Assembly: GCA_965235115.1 (NCBI GenBank)
Contig: OZ249447.1
Coordinates: forward strand, 3,224,001-3,288,000
Direction: 5' to 3'
Origin: Laetmonice hystrix
Lineage: Eukaryota
DNA: 64,000 bases
This document shows positions 1-9,700 of the stretch, piece by piece (position 1 is the first letter of the stretch; each line of letters opens with the position of its first letter). The notes under the pieces were generated by a model that was not told the origin of the DNA, ran no database searches, and saw only the letters and a list, made by a program, of their open reading frames with translations. The translations under genes were made by a program, and so were the position numbers.

Positions 1-44
1 ACTTGGATCATGGTGGATAGAAGACGGACGGTTTGTCTTGGTTG

Positions 45-780
45 GACGTCTGACTGCGGGAAGGTTTATCTTGTAGATCAAAGTACAGGTTTATCTCCAT
101 ACTAGCGTCACCCCACATGACGTCTGACTATGGGAAGGGTTATCTTATAGATCAAAGTACAGGTTTATCTCCATACTAGCGTCACCCCACATGACGTCTG
201 ACTATGGGAAGGGTTATCTTGTAGATCAAAGTACAGCTTTATCTCCGTACTAGCGTCACCCCACATGACGTCTGACTATGGGAAGGGTTATCTTGTAGAT
301 CAAAGTACAGGTTTATCTCCATACTAGCGTCACCCCACATGACGTCTGACTATGGAAGGGTTATCTTGTAGATCAAAGTACAGGTTTATCTCCATACTAG
401 CGTCACCCCACATGACGTCTGACTATGGGAAGGGTTATCTTGTAGATCAAAGTACAGGTTTATCTCCATACTAGCGTCACCCCACATGACGTCTGACTAT
501 GGGAAGGGTTATCTTGTAGATCAAAGTACAGGTTTATCTCCATACTAGCGTCACCCCACATGACGTCTGACTATGGGAAGGGTTATCTTGTAGATCAAAG
601 TACAGGTTTATCTCCATACTAGCGTCACCCCACATGACGTCTGACTATGGGAAGGGTTATCTTGTAGATCAAAGTACAGGTTTATCTTCATACTAGCGTC
701 ACCCCACATGACGTCTGACTATGGGAAGGGTTATCTTGTAGATCAAAGTACAGGTTTATCTCCATACTAGCGTCACCCCC
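45..780. repeat. 74-bp tandem repeat, about 10 copies
   Basis: Unit GACGTCTGACTATGGGAAGGGTTATCTTGTAGATC...CACCCCACAT starts at 45, 119, 193, 267...; near-identical copies ending in a C-run. Confidence 0.97.
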
Positions 781-1232
781 CCCCCCCCTGGTGACTACGT
801 GCACTCAGGCTAATTCCTTACAGTCGACACTTCGGAACAGACTTAAGTGTTTTTTAACAACCAAAATACTTGAACAGATTTGTAAATGTCAGTTTCTTTG
901 CCAAGTCTGAAGAGTACTGTTAGATAATTTGAGGTCATGAGTTCTCCCACGCTCGTTGGTGTCTAAAATATCTATATATCTGTTTTAACCAACAGAAAAA
1001 CTGTGACCAGAGACCAGCGGCGATGTAAAACAGGACAGGGTGAGCCTGTAGCAATTACAGGGTGAAGTGGGTACATATTAAATCTTGACTTTGAGCCCAA
1101 CCGTAGGATTTTGGGGAGTTCTTGTTTTTCTCTAATAAATCTTAACTAAAAGCCAAGCAAATTTTAAGAAGTTTCTATTACCGTTATCATGATTAGTATC
1201 TGACATGAAAGATAAGCCAGGAATGCGGGAGT

Positions 1233-1733
1233 GATTCATTGTTTATCATCCGCACTGTGTAAGATATGATAGGTTTGTCGTTCACGGAGCTGTAATTATC
1301 AGAATAATGGTGGAGAAATTCCTGACCCGGAGGGTTCATTGTTTATCATCCGCACTGTGTAAGATATGATAGGTTTGTCGTTCACGGAGCTGTGATTATC
1401 AGAATAATGATGGAGGAATTCCTGACCCGGAGGATTCATTGTTTATCATCCGCACTGTGTAAGATATGATAGGTTTGTCGTTCACGGAGTTGTGATTATC
1501 AGAATAATGGTGGAGGAATTCCTGACCCGGAGGGTTCATTGTTTATCGTCCGCACTGTGTAAGATATGATAGGTTTGTCGTTCACGGAGTTCTGATTATC
1601 AGAATAATGATGGAAGAATTCCTGACCCGGAGGGTTCATTGTTTATCGTCCGCACTGTGTAAGATATGATAGGTTTGTCGTTCACGGAGTTGTGATTATC
1701 AGAATAATGGTGGAGGAATTCCTGACCCGGAGG
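1233..1733. repeat. 100-bp tandem repeat, 5 copies
   Basis: TTCATTGTTTATC... recurs at 1235, 1335, 1435, 1535, 1635. Confidence 0.96.
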
Positions 1734-2912
1734 ACTTGTTGAAGTCTACAGTCAGCTGATATCAGCCGCCACAGTTGTGGTGATACACAGCTTGGCTGAC
1801 CCTCAGGTACGCCTGCAGGTCATGCAAAACATGACAGCCACACAGGAGCTAGGTAATCAGCCAGCCAACCGTGGCTACTATATGACAAGATCCTGACAGC
1901 AGGCACAAAGGAATTGGATCAGGACAAAACTGCCACTCGCAGGTCTTTGCATGCATTCAACCTTTAAGTTACAATTGACACCAGCAAGTATTTGTAGGAC
2001 CTTTTGGTGGGACAAAGGGAGAGGGTGTGCTGTATGAGGTGTGTGGGGCTGTGAGACCATTCCCGCAGGTAGTCAGTGTAAATTGCCACGAGGTAGGCAA
2101 CAGCCATATTACGGTGTCACAGTCGTGGTCACCCATAATATATGTGGTCAGAGGTGTCTCATGAAGGGTAGCCACACTTGTGTTTTTGACGGTCCATCAG
2201 GAATGTTATCCTACCAGGAACTGCGAGCACTCGGTTGTGTCGGAACTGTAGCACTAGCACACGGAAGGTTGTCATTGGACCGCACTGACAGGTGGATCAA
2301 AACTTGTCAACCACCTTCAGGTAGAAAAAAATGAGTTTTTTAACAAGGACAGGTGGCAAGACCGATCTAAGCGTCTGTTAATAGAGGTGAATAACAGCCA
2401 CCTCTCTATTAATGTGCTGAACCGACTTGTGCATTACCTTATTCATGGTCAGTATTATCGGTCTATCAGAAGGAGATACATTTTGAAGGGAAATAGTTAT
2501 TTCACAAATAAGCCCTGAGACTTGGTGTTGAAGAAACAGTCCACCTTAAAGAAAACGGTTACATTGATTCATAAATTGGGCGGGCTTTGAACAGAAGCTC
2601 TTTGTAAATCTCTTTTCAAATGTCATGTGTGACTCTCAGGTCCTCCAACCAAAGATTGGAAATGCCAATCATTTCTACTAGATGGACATGAATGTAGGAG
2701 AGTTAGTAAACATGAAAAAACAACCCCATTTCCTACAGTACCAACGATTTCTTAAAGGAAAGCATTGAGGGGAGGTATTAAAATCGTTGCATGGTCTGTC
2801 AAGGCGAGGTGTAATAAAGACAGGTATATATATTTCTGGTGCGGTCCCCCAGTGGTAACTACTGAAATGCCCAGCAGGTTGGGCCAAGGTCAGGGTCAAG
2901 GTCAGGTGATTA

Positions 2913-3532
2913 TGTCGTACCGACGAATTTTAGGCTAAATTTTCATTACATTATTTGGTAAGAGTTTTCTTCAAACCTTATTCGTGTTAAACTTCAGTTT
3001 GCCTTAAGCTTTATTCTTGTGTCATACAGCAATCTAGACAGTGTAATGCCAAATGACATTGTGTTCTTTGATGGTGTGGATGGCAGCTTTGATGCCAGAA
3101 TTGTTCTAACAATAGTAGAAGGACATCTATAGGTGCACAGTTAGAGAACCTTAATCCCCGTGTTTTAGCACCTCTTTGATCCCGTGTCCAGCGTCAATGT
3201 GTCCGTTTCACAACTGACTTCTATCTCCTCTATGTCTTTGTTCAGTCAACCGTGTTCAGTCATTTGAGTCTGGCACAAAGATAATTTCAGTACAAGCAGG
3301 CTGCCCACTAAGGGCTTGGGCCAATAGCTGGCCAGGATTATTTTGTTCTATTTGATTGGCCGGTTTGCGACCAGCCATTTTCCTTATATACTCATGTTAT
3401 ACCTTGAAACTTCACTTGGAATTTTATAATGACACGACAATAAACTACAGCTCACATCAACAAGATTGTCGTCCTTCTGCTTGACACTCAGTTTTCTGGA
3501 TGTTGTAAGGTGAGCCAAGTGGCCTTACGATA
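2913..3532 (+). repeat. 5' LTR (620 bp)
   Basis: No difference from 4860-5479 found by eye; imperfect terminal inverted repeat TGTCGTA/TACGATA. Confidence 0.95.
3321..3444 (+). promoter_or_regulatory. LTR U3/R signals: CCAAT, ATTGG, TATA-like box, poly(A) signal
   Basis: CCAAT 3321-3325, ATTGG 3355-3359, TATATA 3385-3390, AATAAA 3439-3444 in the classical LTR order; repeated at +1947 in the 3' LTR. Confidence 0.65.
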
Positions 3533-3533
3533 A

Positions 3534-3551
3534 TGGTGGAGAGCCCGGGCA
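3534..3551 (+). other. Primer-binding site, tRNA-Ala-like
   Basis: TGGTGGAGAGCCCGGGCA, 1 nt after the 5' LTR; 15/18 match to the complement of a metazoan tRNA-Ala(AGC) 3' end as I recall it (TGGTGGAGAATGCGGGCA). Confidence 0.7.
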
Positions 3552-3625
3552 GTTAGCACTTTTTAGCTGCTGACGTCCCATATGTGAGCTATCACCCAGA
3601 GGACAGAACCAGCCTGAAGACAACC

Positions 3626-4762
3626 ATGGAGGGATTTCTTCCCACACCTGTTGTGACATTCCTAAATGGAGCTAGAAACCTGGGAGTGTCACTAAGCTGG
3701 AATATTACCAGTTCACAGGGGAAGAACTCTGTACTTCTAGAATGGAGTATCCAGCCAAAGTACAGCTCCACTGGAAAGTCCACCTGCCACAAGTCTCCCA
3801 GCAGAAGACAGCGGGATGCCCAGCGGTATCAGGCATGGAGAGAGAAGCAGAACCAGGCAGCCACTAAAACAGCGCCTAGGATTCAACAGGAGAAAACCCA
3901 GAACAGGTCAGTTAACAAGGCCAAGAACAACAGGTCAGTCAATGGTCCAAATCATCAGAAGTCAGGAGGTGGACGTCAGAAACATCAGAAGAAACGACAA
4001 GGGGTGCAGCACAAGTCAACGCCTACAGTTGTCACCCATCCACCTCAGGACCAGATCCTGCCTCCTGTGGTGGGTGCCATATCACTGGATCCAAACCCTT
4101 CTAGATCAACGAGATCAACACAGACAAACAGGCAGGTCACGGTCTCCTGTGAGGTACAAACCCCTCAACTCAATGTGGAATCTAAAGATGTTCAAACTGT
4201 CTGTTCATTTACTGAGTCAACTAACAGCAGCACTCAGTCTGAACCAGTGGGCACAACCAGTGTGCCAACCCAAACCCGGACCAGCAGGGGTGATCAGAGT
4301 ACCCAGACTGAGGGAAATCACCCCCAGAAGACAAGACAGTTGTTGACACCCATGTCTCTCAAATCTAGTGATCTGGAATTTCCAGATCAGCACTTCATTG
4401 ACTCTCTAGTCAGGAATAGAAGTGATCCGGGGACACTGCCCATTCTGCACAGTTCAAAGAGAAATCAGGACAAAAGAATCACCTTGAAAGTGGCATATGG
4501 ACAACAGACATATGAGACACCTAAGTATGATTTTTCAGGTGTTGCTGCCACTAAGGAGACTTTGATAAAACATTTTCAGTTATCTGGCATATATCCTTCA
4601 GCATGTTATCTTCTTACAAAATACAGAGGACAGCACTATATTGTACCAGATACAGTTTCTTTTGGGCAGGTGAAACTGGTGAAACATGATAGTGTACTTT
4701 CTGCGACGCTCATAGTTTATAATTATGGAAAAGGGAGTTATGTTGTCCAAGACCACCAATAG
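3626..4762 (+). CDS. LTR-element-encoded protein of unknown function, 378 aa (N-terminal Trp domain, basic linker, 6 TQT/LC8-type motifs, putative C-terminal ubiquitin-like domain)
   Basis: Uninterrupted, non-repetitive ORF filling the internal region; first in-frame ATG at 3626 in good Kozak context (CAACCATGG); TAG at 4760-4762; no RT, IN, PR or CCHC motif visible. Confidence 0.8.
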   Translation: MEGFLPTPVVTFLNGARNLGVSLSWNITSSQGKNSVLLEWSIQPKYSSTGKSTCHKSPSRRQRDAQRYQAWREKQNQAATKTAPRIQQEKTQNRSVNKAKNNRSVNGPNHQKSGGGRQKHQKKRQGVQHKSTPTVVTHPPQDQILPPVVGAISLDPNPSRSTRSTQTNRQVTVSCEVQTPQLNVESKDVQTVCSFTESTNSSTQSEPVGTTSVPTQTRTSRGDQSTQTEGNHPQKTRQLLTPMSLKSSDLEFPDQHFIDSLVRNRSDPGTLPILHSSKRNQDKRITLKVAYGQQTYETPKYDFSGVAATKETLIKHFQLSGIYPSACYLLTKYRGQHYIVPDTVSFGQVKLVKHDSVLSATLIVYNYGKGSYVVQDHQ

Positions 4763-4845
4763 AATGAAATTGTCCACAAAAAAAAAAACATGGTAAAAGG
4801 ACAGCTTAAAACATATTTAAGTAAGAGCCGGGACGTCTCTTTTTC

Positions 4846-4855
4846 AAAGAAGGGG
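4846..4855 (+). other. Polypurine tract
   Basis: AAAGAAGGGG, 4 nt upstream of the 3' LTR. Confidence 0.75.
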
Positions 4856-4859
4856 CACC

Positions 4860-5479
4860 TGTCGTACCGACGAATTTTAGGCTAAATTTTCATTACATTA
4901 TTTGGTAAGAGTTTTCTTCAAACCTTATTCGTGTTAAACTTCAGTTTGCCTTAAGCTTTATTCTTGTGTCATACAGCAATCTAGACAGTGTAATGCCAAA
5001 TGACATTGTGTTCTTTGATGGTGTGGATGGCAGCTTTGATGCCAGAATTGTTCTAACAATAGTAGAAGGACATCTATAGGTGCACAGTTAGAGAACCTTA
5101 ATCCCCGTGTTTTAGCACCTCTTTGATCCCGTGTCCAGCGTCAATGTGTCCGTTTCACAACTGACTTCTATCTCCTCTATGTCTTTGTTCAGTCAACCGT
5201 GTTCAGTCATTTGAGTCTGGCACAAAGATAATTTCAGTACAAGCAGGCTGCCCACTAAGGGCTTGGGCCAATAGCTGGCCAGGATTATTTTGTTCTATTT
5301 GATTGGCCGGTTTGCGACCAGCCATTTTCCTTATATACTCATGTTATACCTTGAAACTTCACTTGGAATTTTATAATGACACGACAATAAACTACAGCTC
5401 ACATCAACAAGATTGTCGTCCTTCTGCTTGACACTCAGTTTTCTGGATGTTGTAAGGTGAGCCAAGTGGCCTTACGATA
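4860..5479 (+). repeat. 3' LTR (620 bp)
   Basis: Copy of 2913-3532, followed by TSD ATTA. Confidence 0.95.
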
Positions 5480-6474
5480 ATTACTTGGCCCGGGTGAAGC
5501 CTGGGTAGTGTTATCGTCTACGTCCAGCCTTGAAGACTTGAACTTTGACCTTGACTTATACAGGCACCCCCGAGGTGGCAAGACTGGCTGGCCTGTGTGC
5601 AAGTTTTGTCACTTTGAGGGATCCGTTAAACTTGTCACCGCTGTGTTATAAAGTGCCCTTAACACAAACTGATCGTTACAAATGGTGTCATACTGTGGGA
5701 ACCGTCTCAGGGAGGGCTCCAGGGGTTTCCGAGCTAGGGGTTCTACATCTTACCCCACTGGTGACGTGGGGTTGTAACACGGATCACCTTACTACCTTGG
5801 TGTTCATTCGACCGTGTCGGTTTAAATCACAGCCAGGGGATCAGTCACCGTGATGTTGGGGTTTCTTAATGACGCCTGCTCTCTGTAAGGTGGCATTATA
5901 ATTATTGCACGTTTATTTTGGGCGTGTTTATGATATCTTTTAGCGACCTGTAGAAACTAGAAGGGGTTTTGGTTTTACCAGGGTTTTACCCCATCCTGGG
6001 TTTATGTATGTGTCCTGAAATCTCACAACCAGAGGTCGGAATATTGGACGAAATGACAAAAATATGTAGCCCGAAGTGATTGCAATTCTAACAGAAGGTG
6101 TTAAGAAGAACTCAGGTAGACCCCAGCCACTCTGCAAGATCTATTTCAGAGACAGAGAGATGGTGGAAGGTAGGACCAGATTCTCCCCAAATTAAAAAAG
6201 GACGATTGGGGGTGGTTGCTACCTGTTTCCCACATGTGGCTCACCTGGACAGGTAGGGATGGGCGATCAGATAAGGAACGCCTTGCTCAGGGGGGTGTGG
6301 CGTCCATGGGTCAGCGGGTAGATCGGGGTGGTAGATAGGGAGCCAGGGGGTGGGGTTGGCAGGTGTGGGTAGTGGGGGGGTGTGTATGCCACTTCTTACC
6401 TAGTCTGTCTGGACGTGCCTCCAGACACCCCAGTCCCCACCTCACCCCAATAATTAAAGTCGGTCATACCATCC

Positions 6475-6703
6475 GAACTTACACTACCACCATGACACAA
6501 TCCCCAAGTCATGACTTATGGTCCCGTCATCTGCCTTCTAGGCCACCTTTCTAACACAATATACCAGTTATTGAGGCAGTTATGGTGAACTTACACTACC
6601 ACCATGACACAATCCCCAAGTCATGACTTATGGTCCCGTCATCTGCCTTCTAGGCCACCTTTCTAACACAATATACCAGTTATTGAGGCAGTTATGGTGA
6701 ATT
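6475..6703. repeat. 112-bp tandem duplication
   Basis: GAACTTACACTACCACCATG... at 6475 and 6587. Confidence 0.92.
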
Positions 6704-9700
6704 TACGCCATGTCGGCCAAGACGAAAACATGACAGGGCTTGGGTGCAGGACCTTATCTCACGGCCCCGCGGCAATGATAAGTCTCTGCCACCAAACATC
6801 TAGCCGCTAATTATGGTTCCAAAAAGGTCCACTCGAGCATTTTTTTCACCGTAACGCCAGTTGCTATTTTAATGGCATTTGCTAACGATTCCTGGTAGTG
6901 CACCGTTTTTTTTTGCACCGTACGTTGATTGGTCCCAACCAGAGCTGCCGTACCCTGTCAGGTATCTCTACAGCCCTGAGGCCAGACGCGGGTAGTGAAT
7001 GGTCAGGGGTTGCCCCTCTATAGAAAACTTTCATACCATGACTTACCTGAAGGTTAGAGCATATGTCCTGCTGGACAACGGTAAAGATCGGATTTCTGAT
7101 TAATCTCCAGTAATTTGTACCTGCTGGGTTTGAGTTTCACCTGAGACGGGAGAGTGTGGATATGAATGGAACTAATTAAATGTTAATAGATCTAGCCACG
7201 CGGGACCTGCCAGGGCGGAGCTGAGATCAGAATTAAGATAAATTCTGCGTTGTCGTATGACTTTGTGTTTTAAAATGTGAATGTGCAATGAGCTGTGTGG
7301 GTTGAAGTGTTTTGTATACTACAGTGCCTGTGGCAGGGAAGGGTGCCAATCGATGTGTATTGTTTGAATGGGCCTGGCCACTGACGTACGGGTAGGGTAG
7401 TGGGGCTGGGGATGGGGCGGACTGGACGCTCGCCCAGCGTTTACAGTGGGGCCACTGATACAATGGAGGTGTAGAAACGAAACGGCCAGGTATGCTACTT
7501 CAGGTGTATGTCCGGCCCTTTGTCCAGCCCAGGTGTCAAAACTCTCCTCTCTGATTTCTTTAGAAGTATCCCAGAGTTCCCTGAGGTGTTACTCCAGAAA
7601 TTTAACTCAAGTGTTGATCTTTCAGATGAGTGATAGAGGTATCATTTTCCTGAGAACTCGCAGCCACCTGGTTGTAAAGGTCAAGGTATTTTCTAGGACA
7701 TGCTGCCTCTACCTTCAAATTCTTGCTTTCTTTCCTCCCGGCCTTTTCCTAGACACAACATTCCCGGACCGTTTTACACAGATAGCAAACAGAACCAGGT
7801 GGAGCCACTGAACCAGTTAGAGTACAGTATATCTCAGCGGACCAGAATATACCATAGCTGTTAAAATTTTACCTCTCTGAAATTATGTCAGTTTGGTTAT
7901 TAAATCAATATTTCATACATTTTAAATCGAACTTCCAGTCTACCTTTATGTTATCGATCGAGTTGATGATATTTTTTTAGAGCTCAAAGATATGGTATAT
8001 AGCTTTGTTCTCGGCGTATTTTCTTTCCTCTCAACAGTACAGGGATATGACAGATTCTCTGGCAGGAATATGGAGCGGTGTTGAAAGGATTAGGACGTAC
8101 AAATTGGTGGTCTATGTGTTTTTTATCTGTTACATGTGTGGTACGGCAGTCATGTGTCAAACGTAAAGTATTCCCTGAGAGGATGGGTCTGGCGGTGTCA
8201 CGGGAATGGATGACGATCAGATGTTGTTGGAGAAGTTAGCCCAATGAGACCTGAGACTGGGGGCGGGTTATTGTGAGACAGCTTCTATCATCATTGGTCT
8301 CTGGGTGTCATCATTCATACTAGATCATTGGTGTGGTTTTACATACCAGCGGCCAGTGGAGATTGGTGAAATATTGCGGATCTTGTGATCCATGGGTATA
8401 AAATTTTATAAGTTGGTACAAATTGAAGCAGATATACGGCTTCATTCGTACTGTTTGTTGTTTTGCGGGGCATGGTATCGTTGAATTTAAAAATGAAAAA
8501 GAGAAGAGCAAAAATATGGATCTTCCTATGATGTTTTCAGTCAGGTGTTAGCAGATGTTTCCGTTCATGTTGTGGGAAAAAATGAGAAGGTGTTTGAGAT
8601 TTATGGGACTGTAAGTGCGCGAGGTAGTAAGTGGCGGCCAACCGTTACCGACAGGGGTTGAGATATAGAGGCCCAGTGTCGGGTAGGGTTCCCGGTGGTG
8701 GTCGGCCAGGCCCAGGGCACGGAGACCCCAGCGGCCGGTGCGGAGCGGGCGATAATTTCATACCTGGGTGATGTTGGTGTTGAGGTAAGAGATGGTTGGA
8801 ATGGGTCGGGTATGGTCGGGGTAGCACCACCTGGGGCACGTGTATACCCTGAGTGGACCCGCAGGCGGAGATATCTTGTATTCTCTTACCATAACTCAAC
8901 CCAGCTGTGTACGTTGTCACTGGGTAAGTTATGAAGGTAACTGTTACCCGCTCAGAGGGTACACATTTTACCCTTTTCGTGGTTGAGGGTTTTACCATAT
9001 ATCTGGAAGGCCATTGTTGATGCCTCCTGAGTCTGGTACAACAGTTACATCGTTTACCTTCTAAATGTTTGAATGATTCTGAAAGAACTTATTTCCATAA
9101 CAGAGGAGGCAGAGGCAATGCTGCAATCCCTATAGTTGGGTTACATTATACATGTGTATTATAAAAATGTACCTTTGATAAAAGTTCGGTTCTGATGAAT
9201 GAGATATATGTGTATGTTTTGACCTTGTCCCTATTGTTACCCTTGGCAGGCTGCACCAATATGTTCCTGTCATAATACACTTAGCGAACATTAGCTTGAT
9301 TAACGACACATGGGCTGTGACATGAGGATAATTAACGAAAAATGGAAAAATTAGAAAAAGGCCCCCAAAAAGTTGCCCATGGCCTGAGGATACACGTATC
9401 ACATATGTCTTGGTACTTAGCGTCATATATAATCTGTACCAGACTCCGTGGTTTACGACAAGGGCAGATGTTTTTACACATATAGAGACGACATCATTAG
9501 TAAGATTCCTGTCTGCGAGTGTTAGATCGGCAGGGGTACAAGACTTAGTCAGGGGTGGTGAATGTAGTAGAAAATAGGCCCCAGTCACAGGGGAGATTTG
9601 GAATTCCTGTTACCGGCAAGAGGTGACATTGAGCAGTTGGTTCTCTGTGAAGTTACCGTACATTATATTGTCGGTCACGCTCCGTGGCTGATTAGACCCA

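Larger units (their letters stand above)
2913..5479 (+). mobile_element. Complete non-autonomous LTR retroelement (Gypsy-like hallmarks) carrying one ORF without recognisable gag/pol
   Basis: Two 620-bp direct repeats (2913-3532, 4860-5479) with TGTCGTA...TACGATA termini; 4-bp TSD ATTA (2909-2912, 5480-5483); PBS after the 5' LTR; PPT before the 3' LTR; 1327-bp internal region. Confidence 0.93.

Noticed and set aside
3584-3625. ORF-track start at 3584
   Set aside because: The codon is GTG; in a eukaryotic context the ATG at 3626 (CAACCATGG) is the likely start
3816-4346. 176-aa overlapping ORF in another frame of the LTR cargo
   Set aside because: The region is T-poor so stops are rare; no recognisable motifs; not excluded without Ribo-seq
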